Of a stretch of 64,000 nt of DNA, positions 47,148 to 55,918 are shown piece after piece. This stretch comes from a virus (Duplodnaviria; Caudoviricetes). The notes under the pieces are model-generated. The model had not been told where the DNA came from, made no database searches, and was given only the letters and a program-made list of their open reading frames with translations. The stretch is taken from the IMG/VR virus record IMGVR_UViG_2933660794_000001, positions 24,816-88,815 of that record; one strand, given 5' to 3'. Both the position numbers and the translations under genes were made by a program. Position 1 is the first letter of the stretch; each line of letters opens with the position of its first letter.

Positions 47148-48172
47148 GCGGCGCCGTTGAAGTCGAGAACGCCCTGCGCGAACCGCTGCTTGGCGAGGTC
47201 GTGGTAGGCCGGGTTGAGGTCGATGCCGATGTACTTCCGGCCGAGCTGGCGAGCCGCAGCGCCGGTCGTACCCGAGCCGGAGAACGGGTCCAGGACGGTG
47301 CCGGCGGGCTTGCAGCCAGCCTTGATGCAGCGCAGCGGCAGGTCGATCGGGAACACCGCGAAGTGCGCGGCCGGGTAGGGCCTCGTCGGTATCGACCAGA
47401 CGTCGCCCGGGTTCCGGCCGAGGGGGTGGCCGTCGACTCCGGGCTCGTCGCGCTGCGAGGTTGAGTACGTCTGCGAGGGAAGTACCGCATCGGGTCGCCG
47501 CGCCTTGCGGCCTGAGGGCCTGCGCTGCGGGCGCATCGCGTGCGGCTCACGGATGGGGTCCAGGTTGAACGCGTACCGCTCCGACTTGACGAACAGGAAC
47601 AGGTGCTCGTAGCGGTTGGAAAGCCGGTCGGTGACGGATGCCGGCATGGCGTTCGTCTTGTGCCACACAATCTTGTTGCGAAGGATCCAGCCGTCATCCT
47701 GAAGGGCCATGGCGACCCGCTCCGGGATCATCAGCAAGTTCTTCGAAGGCATGCCGGTCACGGCCCGGCGGGCGGCCGCCACTTCGGCGCCGTCGCGGCG
47801 GCGAGACGGACGGCCCTTCTCCTGCTTCCGCTGCCCACCGGTTCCCTCGCCGTGCCAGCGCTCGTTGAAGCCAGTGTTCAGCGCTCCCTGACCGCTGCTG
47901 TAGGAGTCGCCGAGGTTGAGCCACAGCGTCCCGTCATCGGCCAGCACACGGCGGCCCTCGGCGAACAGGGCGCGCATGGTCTCGACGTACTCGGCCGGCG
48001 TGGCCTCCAGCCCGTACTGGCCTTCGGTGCCGTAGTCGCGGAGCCCGTAGTACGGCGGCGAGGTGACGATGCAGTCGACGGAGCCAGCGGCCAGGGTACG
48101 CATCTGTTCCAGGGCGTCGCCGAGGAGCAGGGTCACCTGTTCGTCGCGGTAGTACGGCTGCCGGTCGGTCAT
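47144..48172 (-). CDS. Orphan DNA methyltransferase (N4-C/N6-A, beta class)
   Basis: ATG 48172 with AGGAG RBS; catalytic VTSPPYY before SAM-binding VLDPFSGSGTT; HFAVFP. Confidence 0.93.
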   Translation of the reverse strand: MTDRQPYYRDEQVTLLLGDALEQMRTLAAGSVDCIVTSPPYYGLRDYGTEGQYGLEATPAEYVETMRALFAEGRRVLADDGTLWLNLGDSYSSGQGALNTGFNERWHGEGTGGQRKQEKGRPSRRRDGAEVAAARRAVTGMPSKNLLMIPERVAMALQDDGWILRNKIVWHKTNAMPASVTDRLSNRYEHLFLFVKSERYAFNLDPIREPHAMRPQRRPSGRKARRPDAVLPSQTYSTSQRDEPGVDGHPLGRNPGDVWSIPTRPYPAAHFAVFPIDLPLRCIKAGCKPAGTVLDPFSGSGTTGAAARQLGRKYIGIDLNPAYHDLAKQRFAQGVLDFNGAA

Positions 48173-48204
48173 GGTGCTGCTCCTGGTGGTTGGTGTGGGT
48201 GCGG

Positions 48205-48606
48205 TCACGGCCGGGCGGCGGGCACGGCGTCGTCGGCGTAGCTGATGCCGGGGCACCAGACGCCGGGCCGGTCGGCCCACTCGTGCGGGTCGTGGTAGTC
48301 GTCGTGGCCGCACGGGTGGGTGCCGGGCTCGGGGTCGCTCGTCACGGACATGGCGTCGACGGTGGCCGGGGCGCCGAGTTCGCGGAGCTTGGTCTCCTGT
48401 CGTCCGGCGAGCCGCGCGGTGGCGTCCAGGCGGGCGTTCGCGGTGGCGAGTTCGGCGCGGAGGCGGCGGATCTCGGCGGCCATGGCGGCAGCGGCGTCGG
48501 CAGCCGGGTGCGCGGAGCAGCAGGCGAACCCGAGGTCGGGGTGCTGCTGGTAGGCGGCGATCACCGTGTCGGCGGCGTCGAGGTCGAGCTGCGGGTCGTG
48601 TGGCAT
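48205..48606 (-). CDS. Hypothetical phage protein
   Basis: 133 aa, GGAG RBS; coiled coil; C...H..H.W...CPG module. Confidence 0.6.
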   Translation of the reverse strand: MPHDPQLDLDAADTVIAAYQQHPDLGFACCSAHPAADAAAAMAAEIRRLRAELATANARLDATARLAGRQETKLRELGAPATVDAMSVTSDPEPGTHPCGHDDYHDPHEWADRPGVWCPGISYADDAVPAARP

Positions 48607-48648
48607 TCGGGTCTCCAGGGGTGTGAGGGCGGACAGTCAGGCGGGCGG

Positions 48649-49020
48649 CTACTTGCTCCAGCCGATGAGGCGGAAGGTGGCGCCCCGCTCTTCCAGGTCG
48701 GCCTTCGACTCGGCCATCTCGTCGGCCCACACGAGGCGGAGGATCGCGTCGGAGGCGGGGGTGGTGCGGTACTCGGCGTAGAGCAGGCCCTCGTCGTCCA
48801 CGTAGACCGCGTCGTGGTCGTCGGTGGGGCGTTCGACGGCGGGCGCGATCCCGGCAGCAATGGCGGCGCGGAGCCAGGCGGCGGCCTCGCCGAGCATGAT
48901 GCGCTGCGCTCCCTTGGACAGGCCCGCCCACTGCGGGACGGCGCCGTTCGTGTTGTCGTGCGTCACCTGCTGGCGGGCTTTGGCGAGCTGGCGGATGCGG
49001 GGGTCGGGCGTGCTGTTCAT
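48649..49020 (-). CDS. Hypothetical phage protein
   Basis: 123 aa, AAGGA RBS. Confidence 0.65.
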   Translation of the reverse strand: MNSTPDPRIRQLAKARQQVTHDNTNGAVPQWAGLSKGAQRIMLGEAAAWLRAAIAAGIAPAVERPTDDHDAVYVDDEGLLYAEYRTTPASDAILRLVWADEMAESKADLEERGATFRLIGWSK

Positions 49021-49174
49021 GCGGTGTCCTTCGGGTGTTGGGTTGCGATGGGCGGGGCTCAGGCGGCGGGTATAGGAACTGCCCCACCCCGCAGGGGGTC
49101 CGGAGTGGGGCAGTGGGAGCGGCGCTGGGGGTACGCGGCCGGCGGTCCCCGCGAGGGGGCGAAGGGGACCGCGG

Positions 49175-49363
49175 TCAGGAAGCCGGGTCGGTGAGGATCC
49201 GGTAGTCGCCGGGGTGGTAGCCGAAGTCGGCCCACTGGGCGGCTTCCTGGACGGCGAGGGCTTCGAGTTCGGTGCGGGCCTGCGCTTCGGTGTCGGGGGT
49301 GACGGTGCGGAGTCCGCCGGGGACGGAGTAGCCGTTGGGTTCGATGAGGCGCAGGGTCGGCAT
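49175..49363 (-). CDS. Small hypothetical protein
   Basis: ATG 49363 with GGGGA RBS; first gene after the 49408-49436 promoter. Confidence 0.6.
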   Translation of the reverse strand: MPTLRLIEPNGYSVPGGLRTVTPDTEAQARTELEALAVQEAAQWADFGYHPGDYRILTDPAS

Positions 49364-49407
49364 GGGAGTCCCCCAGGAGATGGGTTGGGTGGGGCTTGAA
49401 TACCTAT

Positions 49408-49442
49408 AGCTTACCCCCCAATGCATGACATCGCAATGCGTT
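49408..49442 (-). promoter_or_regulatory. Promoter with overlapping shared operator (copy 2)
   Basis: Minus strand -35 TTGCGA, 17 bp, -10 TAAGCT; operator AATGCATGAC-ATC-GCAATGCGTT at 49420-49442. Confidence 0.65.
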
Positions 49443-49464
49443 GACCGGGAGGGACGTCAATGCG

Positions 49465-49494
49465 AAAGGGGCCCAACCCGAAGGCCAGACCCCT
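49465..49494 (-). terminator. Intrinsic terminator after ssb
   Basis: Minus strand AGGGGTCTGGCC-TTCG-GGTTGGGCCCCT-TT: UUCG loop, stem with G-U pairs. Confidence 0.7.
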
Positions 49495-49512
49495 CACACC
49501 CACCCGGACAAC

Positions 49513-50010
49513 TCAGAACGGCGCTTCGTCACCCCACGCGCCCGCCTGACCGCCCCCCGCCGACCCGTTGGCCCACGGATCGTCCGCCGGCGCGCTGGAC
49601 GCCCCCTGACGCACCGCCTGACGCGCCTCCTGCCGGCCCTGACCCGAACCGCCACTGGCCTTCGTCACCTTTGCCGTCGCCGACCGCAGGGACGGGCCGA
49701 TCGAGTCCAGGAGCAGCTCCGGCCGCGACCGCTTCTCCCCGTCCTTCTCCCAGCTGTCCGTCTTCATCCGCCCGGACACTACGACCTCGAGGCCGCGGGA
49801 CAGGGTCTCAGCGATGTTCTCAGCGGCCGGCCCGAACGCCTTTCCGTCCACGAAGAATGAAGCGTCGTCCTTCCACTCACCCGACTGCGGGTCCTTCTTC
49901 CTTGAGTTGAACGCCAGGCGCACCGTAACAACGGCTCCACCGGAAGCGCCGTAGCGCAGTTGGGGGTCGTCCATCAGCCGGGCGGTTCCGTTCAGTGTCG
50001 GCAGGCTCAC
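49513..50010 (-). CDS. ssb: Single-stranded DNA-binding protein
   Basis: 165 aa; DPQLRY, AENIAETL, VVVSGR, IGPSLR, acidic tip DEAPF. Confidence 0.93.
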   Translation of the reverse strand: MSLPTLNGTARLMDDPQLRYGASGGAVVTVRLAFNSRKKDPQSGEWKDDASFFVDGKAFGPAAENIAETLSRGLEVVVSGRMKTDSWEKDGEKRSRPELLLDSIGPSLRSATAKVTKASGGSGQGRQEARQAVRQGASSAPADDPWANGSAGGGQAGAWGDEAPF

Positions 50011-50055
50011 GCCACCGCTCCCTTCTCTAGTTCGATACCTTCAAGACGGGCCAGG

Positions 50056-50622
50056 TCAAGCCACGTCAGACACGGCGACCAGCGGCCGCTGTGGAACCGG
50101 TTCACCAGCGTCCCGGGCCCGCTTTTTAATCCGCTCCCACGACCTCTGTACCGTGTCGACCTCCATACCGAGGCGCTGCGCCACCAGCTGGTAGGACAAG
50201 CCACGCCGCAAGCCAACCTCGATCGCCAGACGGCGTTCCTCCCGGTTCAACGGCAGACCCTCACCCTCCGCAGACAGGGTCCGGTTCACCGCGACCACGT
50301 CCACTCCGGCCGTCTTCCGACGCAGCGCCGGCGCAAGGTCCCGAACCGTCTTCTCCGACCTCGTCGTCCGCGACGGAGGCAGCCTGTCCCCGTACTCATC
50401 GAACGTCACCCAGGCCAGCGCCTCCTTCAGCGGCCGGTCCGGGTCAGCGACCGCGGCCAGGACAACCGCGAGGGCCTCCAACTCGTGCCGGGTCAGGCCT
50501 GCCAGGCGGGTCTTGACGTCGTCGGCGGAGCCCTCGTGGACGTCCACAACCAAGCCGGCAGCCTCTGGCATCAGCGCCTCCACCATGTCGCCGCGCTGCT
50601 CCGCAGTCAGGGACTCGCTCAT
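50056..50622 (-). CDS. Hypothetical protein with C-terminal HTH
   Basis: ATG 50622; VDVVAVNR...LNREERRLAI...GLSYQLVAQRLGM. Confidence 0.7.
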   Translation of the reverse strand: MSESLTAEQRGDMVEALMPEAAGLVVDVHEGSADDVKTRLAGLTRHELEALAVVLAAVADPDRPLKEALAWVTFDEYGDRLPPSRTTRSEKTVRDLAPALRRKTAGVDVVAVNRTLSAEGEGLPLNREERRLAIEVGLRRGLSYQLVAQRLGMEVDTVQRSWERIKKRARDAGEPVPQRPLVAVSDVA

Positions 50623-51278
50623 GCCACCTTCACCCCATCCACGGTCTTCGCTGCCTTGTTCCACTCCTTCTGCGCCTGCTCGATCTGCCAGTGCGACACC
50701 CCCACAAACGCCGCTATGTCCTGCAGACTCAGCCGCATCTCCCGCAGCCGGGACACCGTCTCCTGGTGCTCGTCTCGGACCTGCTCCCACATCAGCCGCT
50801 TGTCGCCCGGGCTCTTCGGCCGCAGCAGACTGCCCTTCGCGCCGATCCACCACAGCGCCACCCGGACCGTCACCGGCGCCGCGATCACACCGTGCCTGCG
50901 CAGCTCCTCAGCCACGGTCTGGGCCGGCCAGCTCTTCCACTCGTGCATGAACCGGGCGTACGCCGGCGACGCCAGCTTGCGGGCCTGCTCCAGGTTCGGC
51001 CGGTTGCCAAGCAGCACCTCCACGCGCAGGGCACGCCGCTGCAGGTGAGTGAGCCCACCGACTACGCCCCACACCATGTACGAGGAGTCCTCGAACGCAA
51101 TTCCGTCGGTGAGGCAGCGGATACGGACAGGGCAGCCGCGGCAGATTTTCTGTACCTGCTCCTGGTCCCGGGACTGCTCAGAGAAGATCGTTTCGGTGTC
51201 GACGCCCTGGCAGGCAGCGAAGTCTCGCCAGTTCCAGGGCGCGGCGGGCGTTGTGCCGAGGCGTGTGGTGGCGGTCAT
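50619..51278 (-). CDS. WhiB-family Fe-S regulator with C-terminal extension
   Basis: W...AAC, C..CPV...C, GVVGGLT..QR; about 130 extra residues ending in an HTH-like segment. Confidence 0.88.
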   Translation of the reverse strand: MTATTRLGTTPAAPWNWRDFAACQGVDTETIFSEQSRDQEQVQKICRGCPVRIRCLTDGIAFEDSSYMVWGVVGGLTHLQRRALRVEVLLGNRPNLEQARKLASPAYARFMHEWKSWPAQTVAEELRRHGVIAAPVTVRVALWWIGAKGSLLRPKSPGDKRLMWEQVRDEHQETVSRLREMRLSLQDIAAFVGVSHWQIEQAQKEWNKAAKTVDGVKVA

Positions 51279-51790
51279 GCGAGGGCTCCGGTGAGGGTGT
51301 ACAGGCGGATGATGGCGCCGGGCTGGGTGAGGGCTTCGGGGTGTTCTCCGGGGTAGACCTTGCGGCTGCGGGATTCGATGACGCGGCCGTCGTCCTCCCA
51401 CGCCTTGGCTGTGCTGATGGCGTCGAAGGTGGAGCGGACGAGCTTGTCGATGTCCGGGCTGACGGCGGGGTAGGTGCGGCGTCGTTTGGGGGCGCTGGCC
51501 GGCTTGGGCATGGTGAAGGTGACGTCGGCGCGGACGGGGCCGGTGAGGGGGTGGGCGTCGCCGCGGAGGATGGCGGTGGTGATGGCGTCGGTGACCTTTT
51601 CTCGCCAGGGCTTGACCTTCTTGGAGGATTCCCGCATGAGGGGGATGGCTTTGCCGGTCTTGCGGCTGCGTCCCCATCCGACGGGGGTCTTGCTGCCTTG
51701 GGGGCCGGGGAGGCCGTGGACGGCGATGGTGAGGCGGGGTTCGGTCTCCCATTCGTAGGCCTGGGGGAGGGTGGGGGCGGTGATGCTCAC
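51275..51790 (-). CDS. rusA: RusA-family Holliday junction resolvase
   Basis: PGPQGSK, VKPWR, PDIDKLVRSTFDAI...WEDDGRV; GTG 51790 with AAGGAG RBS. Confidence 0.9.
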   Translation of the reverse strand: MSITAPTLPQAYEWETEPRLTIAVHGLPGPQGSKTPVGWGRSRKTGKAIPLMRESSKKVKPWREKVTDAITTAILRGDAHPLTGPVRADVTFTMPKPASAPKRRRTYPAVSPDIDKLVRSTFDAISTAKAWEDDGRVIESRSRKVYPGEHPEALTQPGAIIRLYTLTGALA

Positions 51791-51999
51791 GTGGTGGGCT
51801 CCTTGGTTCGGTGGTGGCCGCTGCGGAGGTGGGTGGCGTGTCCGGGGCGGTGGCCGAGGTGGTAGGCGGCGCAGAACGGGCATTGGTAGGCGCGCATGCG
51901 GTTGCCGGTGTGGCGGCGTATCTGGTTGGCGCGTTGTTTGGCTGCTTTGCGGGTGTGGAACGGGGTTTTGCCGGTGCAGGTGGCTTCCTCTTCGGTCAC
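51787..51999 (-). CDS. Small Zn-finger protein
   Basis: CTGKTPF...RAYQCPFCAAYHLGH. Confidence 0.7.
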   Translation of the reverse strand: MTEEEATCTGKTPFHTRKAAKQRANQIRRHTGNRMRAYQCPFCAAYHLGHRPGHATHLRSGHHRTKEPTT

Positions 52000-52220
52000 C
52001 GGGGCTCCGTGCGTGGTGTGGGTTCGGGGAGTCCGAGGGCTTGGGCGAGGTGCCGGCGGGCGGTGTCGTCGTAGGCGTCGTTGTGGATCCAGGTGGCGAC
52101 GATGGCGATGCGGGCTCGGGCGAGGGCGAGGTCGTCTTGGAGGCTGGTGACGAGTGCTGCGTGCTGGGTGCAGAGCTGCTGGGCGAGCGTGTCGACGTAG
52201 GCCTGGTCGGCGTCAGCCAT
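51996..52220 (-). CDS. Small hypothetical protein
   Basis: ATG 52220 with GAGGTG RBS. Confidence 0.55.
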   Translation of the reverse strand: MADADQAYVDTLAQQLCTQHAALVTSLQDDLALARARIAIVATWIHNDAYDDTARRHLAQALGLPEPTPRTEPR

Positions 52221-52395
52221 CCAACTCACCTCGGAGCTGGCGCAGTTCTTCCTCCAGCTCGGCGACGCGGGCCTCAGCCTTCTGCCGTGCTTCGTGTGGG
52301 GTGAGGGCGTCGCCGAGAGCGGGGCCGGGTTCGAGGCCAGCGGACGTGGGTGATGCGGCCCACTCATCGGTGGTGACGGGCTTGAGGTTGTTCAC
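52213..52395 (-). CDS. Small hypothetical protein
   Basis: 60 aa, AAGGA RBS, coiled-coil end. Confidence 0.5.
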   Translation of the reverse strand: MNNLKPVTTDEWAASPTSAGLEPGPALGDALTPHEARQKAEARVAELEEELRQLRGELDG

Positions 52396-52505
52396 GGGTT
52401 CCTTCGTGGGATGGTGGTGGTGGATCCCCGTCGGCTGGACCCCGGCGGGGATTCTGTTTGGGGCGCCGCTCCCGCCAGCCGGTGGTCATCTGGTGGGGCG
52501 GCGGG

Positions 52506-52721
52506 TCAGAGGTGCACGCCGGGGATGCGCGCCATGTCGTGGACGAAGTCGTCGATGCGGCAGATGAGCCGGCCGTCGTCGAGGCGCATCCAGCCGCTGT
52601 CGATCACGGTGTTGATGCCTTCGTTGTCCGTGGTGAAGTGGAGGACGATGCCGTCCATGTCGTGGGGGCTGCCGCAGATGTCGCATTCGACGATCACGAC
52701 GGTCGCTGTGCGCGTGGCCAT
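52506..52721 (-). CDS. Small Zn-ribbon protein
   Basis: 71 aa; VECDICG...GW...LIC; GGAGG RBS. Confidence 0.6.
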   Translation of the reverse strand: MATRTATVVIVECDICGSPHDMDGIVLHFTTDNEGINTVIDSGWMRLDDGRLICRIDDFVHDMARIPGVHL

Positions 52722-53356
52722 TAGGCGTCCCCTCCGAAGTCGGCGGTGATGACGGGGATGGGTTGGGTGTCGGCGGCCGCGGTGTGTGCGCGGGTGAGGG
52801 CGTCGCCGAGGGCGCGCGGCCGGGTCGGTATGGGGACTGGGATCGACTCGGTGGTGGGCTCTCCGGGGAGCTGCTTGGCGAGGGTGGGGCCGGTGTGGAT
52901 GCCGAGTTCGGTCAGTTCATCCCGGGTGAGGCGGGGGATGTGGGTGAGGCTGGCGTGGGTTTCGGTGCACCGGTCGGCGTGGACGCGGGCGGCGGCCGCG
53001 GTGGAGGGGGTGTCGAGGCGGTAGATGTGGGTGGCGCCCATGGGGCAGGTGGCCTGCCAGGTGAGGGTGCGGGTGGGCAGGTCGTAGTGGAGGAGGCTGC
53101 GCGCGCCGTTGTCGTCGGTGAGGGGGCGGGTGATCTGGCCGTCGCGGTGGTCGCGCCAGTCGCGGATGTGCGGGGTGGTGATGCCGACCATGCGGGCGGA
53201 GACGATGGCGTAGCCCTGGCCGTCGGTCATGAAGTCGCGGGGCCGCTTGGGGAGGGGCGGGGTGGTCTTCTTAGCGGCGGGCCGGCGGGTGGGGGTCTTC
53301 TTCGCCGGGTTCTTCCGGGCGGGCGTGGTCTTCTTCGCGGTGCGGGTGGTGGTCAT
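52721..53356 (-). CDS. Hypothetical protein with basic, histone-like N-terminus
   Basis: 211 aa; AKKTTP/AKKTP repeats; GGAGG RBS. Confidence 0.65.
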   Translation of the reverse strand: MTTTRTAKKTTPARKNPAKKTPTRRPAAKKTTPPLPKRPRDFMTDGQGYAIVSARMVGITTPHIRDWRDHRDGQITRPLTDDNGARSLLHYDLPTRTLTWQATCPMGATHIYRLDTPSTAAAARVHADRCTETHASLTHIPRLTRDELTELGIHTGPTLAKQLPGEPTTESIPVPIPTRPRALGDALTRAHTAAADTQPIPVITADFGGDA

Positions 53357-53470
53357 GTCCGGCCTCCGTCCTGTGCTGGGTTCTGGTGGTGCTCCGTTGG
53401 TGGTGGGGGGTGTGGGTGAGGAGTGCGAGGGTGGTGAGGCCGATGGCGAGGGCGATGCCGTCAGGCCAGG

Positions 53471-54028
53471 TCACCTCTGCGCCGGCGCCTGGGTGGGCTT
53501 ATCCAGTGCGGCCACAGACGGGCAGGGCCACTCGTAGCGGTCCGGGTTCCAGTCGGGCCCGTCGCCGTCCTCGTTCTCGCAGTTGCCGCAGACGTAGCCG
53601 AGGAAGCCCTTGTCGCAGAGGGAGCGGCCGTCCTCGTCGCTCTCGGCGTGCTGGTCGTCGTAGTCCTCGGCGTTCGGGTCGCAGCCGCAGAAGTCGGCGA
53701 GCTTGTAGACCTCGATGCGGGAGTGTTCGAAGCGGATGATCAGTTCGGGGTGGTTCCGCTCGGCGTAGAAGCGGATGCGGTCGGCGAACTGCCTGGCGGT
53801 CTCGTTCTCGAACGGGCTCAGGTTCAGGGCCTGCCAGGCGACGGCCTCGGCCGCCTGGATCCGCCGGGACGCCATCTTGGCGCCGATCCTGTTCAGTTCG
53901 TCGGCGAGACCGGTCGGGCGCAGCAGTTCGTACTCCGCTGGCGGGACCATGACGTAGTTCGTCATCTCCTGCTTGATGTCTGCCAGCTCGGCCTGCGCCC
54001 TGGCGAGGTCCTCGGTCAGGTTCGTCAT
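53471..54028 (-). CDS. Hypothetical protein with C-terminal Zn module
   Basis: 185 aa; CGNC...WPCPSVAAL. Confidence 0.65.
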   Translation of the reverse strand: MTNLTEDLARAQAELADIKQEMTNYVMVPPAEYELLRPTGLADELNRIGAKMASRRIQAAEAVAWQALNLSPFENETARQFADRIRFYAERNHPELIIRFEHSRIEVYKLADFCGCDPNAEDYDDQHAESDEDGRSLCDKGFLGYVCGNCENEDGDGPDWNPDRYEWPCPSVAALDKPTQAPAQR

Positions 54029-54255
54029 CAGCTCTGCTCCTTCTCCATAAGAGCGGCGTTGACCTGGATGGCGTGGAGGTAGCCGTCGATGAGGCCCTGG
54101 GCGTAGAGGGGGTCGTACTGGTCGGCCATGGAGGCGCGGGCGTGGACGCGGTGGGAGGGGAGGTGGGTGATGGCGGCGAGTTCGCCGTCGGTGTAGCCGT
54201 CGTTGTAGGAGTCGGCGGAGCCGGTGGGGGTGGTCTCGGGGGTCATGAGGCTCAT
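54028..54255 (-). CDS. Small hypothetical protein
   Basis: 75 aa; YNDGYTDG ... YAQGLIDGY. Confidence 0.6.
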   Translation of the reverse strand: MSLMTPETTPTGSADSYNDGYTDGELAAITHLPSHRVHARASMADQYDPLYAQGLIDGYLHAIQVNAALMEKEQS

Positions 54256-54271
54256 GGGGGTGGCCTTTCAG

Positions 54272-54937
54272 TCAGAGGGAGGCTTCGTAGGCGGACACGA
54301 CGACATCGGTGACGCGGTCCTGGCCGTCGCAGTCGGGGCAGGGCTTGCTGGTGTTCCGGTAGAAGCGGTGTCCCAGGTCGTGACCTTGCTTGCGGCGCGG
54401 GCTGAGTTCCGCGTAGGGGATCTCTTCGCCGTCGACCATCAGCGTTCCGTGGCCATGGCAGGTCGTGCAGAGCCCGTAGGCGTCGGTGAAGCCGGGCCGG
54501 GCGCCGGATGTCTGGGTGGTGAGGGTGTTGGCGGCGCGAAGGATGCGGCCGATGACTTCGCTGGTGGTGGGCGGCCGCTTCGGGGCGACTGGGGAAGCGG
54601 TGCGGACCCAGTTGGAGACGTGGGAGATGTAGTTCGGGACGAAGAAGCCGGGGGCCAGTTCCTCCTCGTCGACCGTGGAGTCCAGGGCGTCGGAGATGGC
54701 GCGGATCGCGGCTATGGCGCCCGGGCTGGACTCGATCAGGCGGATCGATGCCAGCTCGTCGGTGAAGAACTCGGCGGGGACGCGGAGGGGGCCGTGCCAT
54801 TCAGCAACGAGGAAGGCGTGGGCGCAGATGTCGAGACGGTCGATGTCGCCGCGTTCGCCGAACTGTTCGCCGCGGTGGAGGCCCTCGATGTTGATGACGG
54901 CGGCCATGTCTTGGAGGACGTTCTGGGTGGGGCGCAT
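54272..54937 (-). CDS. Hypothetical protein (DUF6197-like N-terminus, CxxCxGxG Zn ribbon C-terminus)
   Basis: 221 aa; GLHRG...LDIC...EVIGRILRAA; CTTCHGHG and CPDCDG. Confidence 0.6.
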   Translation of the reverse strand: MRPTQNVLQDMAAVINIEGLHRGEQFGERGDIDRLDICAHAFLVAEWHGPLRVPAEFFTDELASIRLIESSPGAIAAIRAISDALDSTVDEEELAPGFFVPNYISHVSNWVRTASPVAPKRPPTTSEVIGRILRAANTLTTQTSGARPGFTDAYGLCTTCHGHGTLMVDGEEIPYAELSPRRKQGHDLGHRFYRNTSKPCPDCDGQDRVTDVVVSAYEASL

Positions 54938-55011
54938 GGCGGTTCTCCCGGGGGTTGGCGTCCCGGCCGCGCAGTGTGGTGGTCATGCGTGGCCGGGAAG
55001 TCTGTGGTGGG

Positions 55012-55344
55012 TCAGGCGGTTTCGCGGTGGCGGTCGGCGCAGGTGGGGCACTGGTGGCGGCCGAGGTTGAAGCCGGCCGACTGCTCGATGACGTGGGCGT
55101 CCGGGTCGGCCGGGTCGAAGACGGTGCCGCAGTAGCAGGAGCAGCCGCACTTGCGGACCTCGGCGCCGTAGGGGATGTCGAGGCCGGCGAGTGAGGCGGC
55201 GGCGAGCATCAGGGCGGTGAACTCGCCGTTGTCGGCGGTGTTGTCGGCGCGGTCCATGACATGGTCGAAGCGGTCCTGGGCGGCCGGGGTGAGGCTGCTG
55301 TAGTCGGCTTCGAGGCGTGCGCGGGCATGCGTCATCAGCGTCAC
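55012..55344 (-). CDS. Cys-rich hypothetical protein, first gene of the operon
   Basis: GTG 55344 with GGAG RBS; CGCSCYCG...CPTC. Confidence 0.6.
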   Translation of the reverse strand: MTLMTHARARLEADYSSLTPAAQDRFDHVMDRADNTADNGEFTALMLAAASLAGLDIPYGAEVRKCGCSCYCGTVFDPADPDAHVIEQSAGFNLGRHQCPTCADRHRETA

Positions 55345-55414
55345 GGTGGCTCCAGGGGGTGCGGATGGGGTCAATCAGCCCTGGTTGGGGGGCTGTTGCC
55401 TTATCGGTGACACC

Positions 55415-55449
55415 ACCGTACCGCTCAACGCATTGCGATGCAATGCATT
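55415..55449 (-). promoter_or_regulatory. Promoter with overlapping shared operator (copy 3)
   Basis: Minus strand -35 TTGCAT, 17 bp, -10 TACGGT; near-perfect palindrome AACGCATTGC-GAT-GCAATGCATT at 55427-55449. Confidence 0.7.
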
Positions 55450-55476
55450 CGTTGGGATGCCTTGGGTTCGGGCATG

Positions 55477-55519
55477 AAAAAGGCCCCTGCTCCCCCTGTT
55501 TTCCTAAGGGGACGGGGCC
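55477..55519 (-). terminator. Intrinsic terminator
   Basis: GGCCCC..TCCCC stem followed by TTTTT on the minus strand. Confidence 0.7.
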
Positions 55520-55543
55520 GTGCTGACCGGGACCGACGCGGCG

Positions 55544-55786
55544 TCAGGAGCGACCTGGCACCGGGTACCTGCGGGTGTACGCCTCCAGCAGATCGCTGTA
55601 GTCGACGACCACCTTGCGGCCGCGCCGCTCGATCCGGAGGCCGTCCTGACGCGCCCAGCGGAGGATGGTGTCGTCGGATATGCGGATGTTCGCTTCACGG
55701 AACATGAGCACGGCCTCCTTGAGGGACACGGGGTCCTCGATGGCCGGCGTGCCGCAGGTGTCGGGGCTGAGGGTGGTGATGGCCAT
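55544..55786 (-). CDS. Small MerR/Xis-like HTH protein
   Basis: 80 aa; VSLKEAV...ISDDTILRWARQDGL...VVVDYSDLL; GGGAGG RBS. Confidence 0.75.
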   Translation of the reverse strand: MAITTLSPDTCGTPAIEDPVSLKEAVLMFREANIRISDDTILRWARQDGLRIERRGRKVVVDYSDLLEAYTRRYPVPGRS

Positions 55787-55918
55787 GTGGCCTCCCGGAA
55801 TCGGACGGCCACAGTTCGCAGCTACGGCGGCCGATGACGGGTGGTGATCCTGGTGGTCCGTTTGTGTTGGTGGTGTGAAGATGCCGGTTGGTGCTAGTTA
55901 CGACTCGTGTACCCCCGA

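Noticed and set aside
47144-49087. 647-aa ORF as a fused methyltransferase
   Set aside because: The N-terminal 300 aa are an Arg-rich off-frame reading of two upstream genes; the real start is ATG 48172 with an RBS
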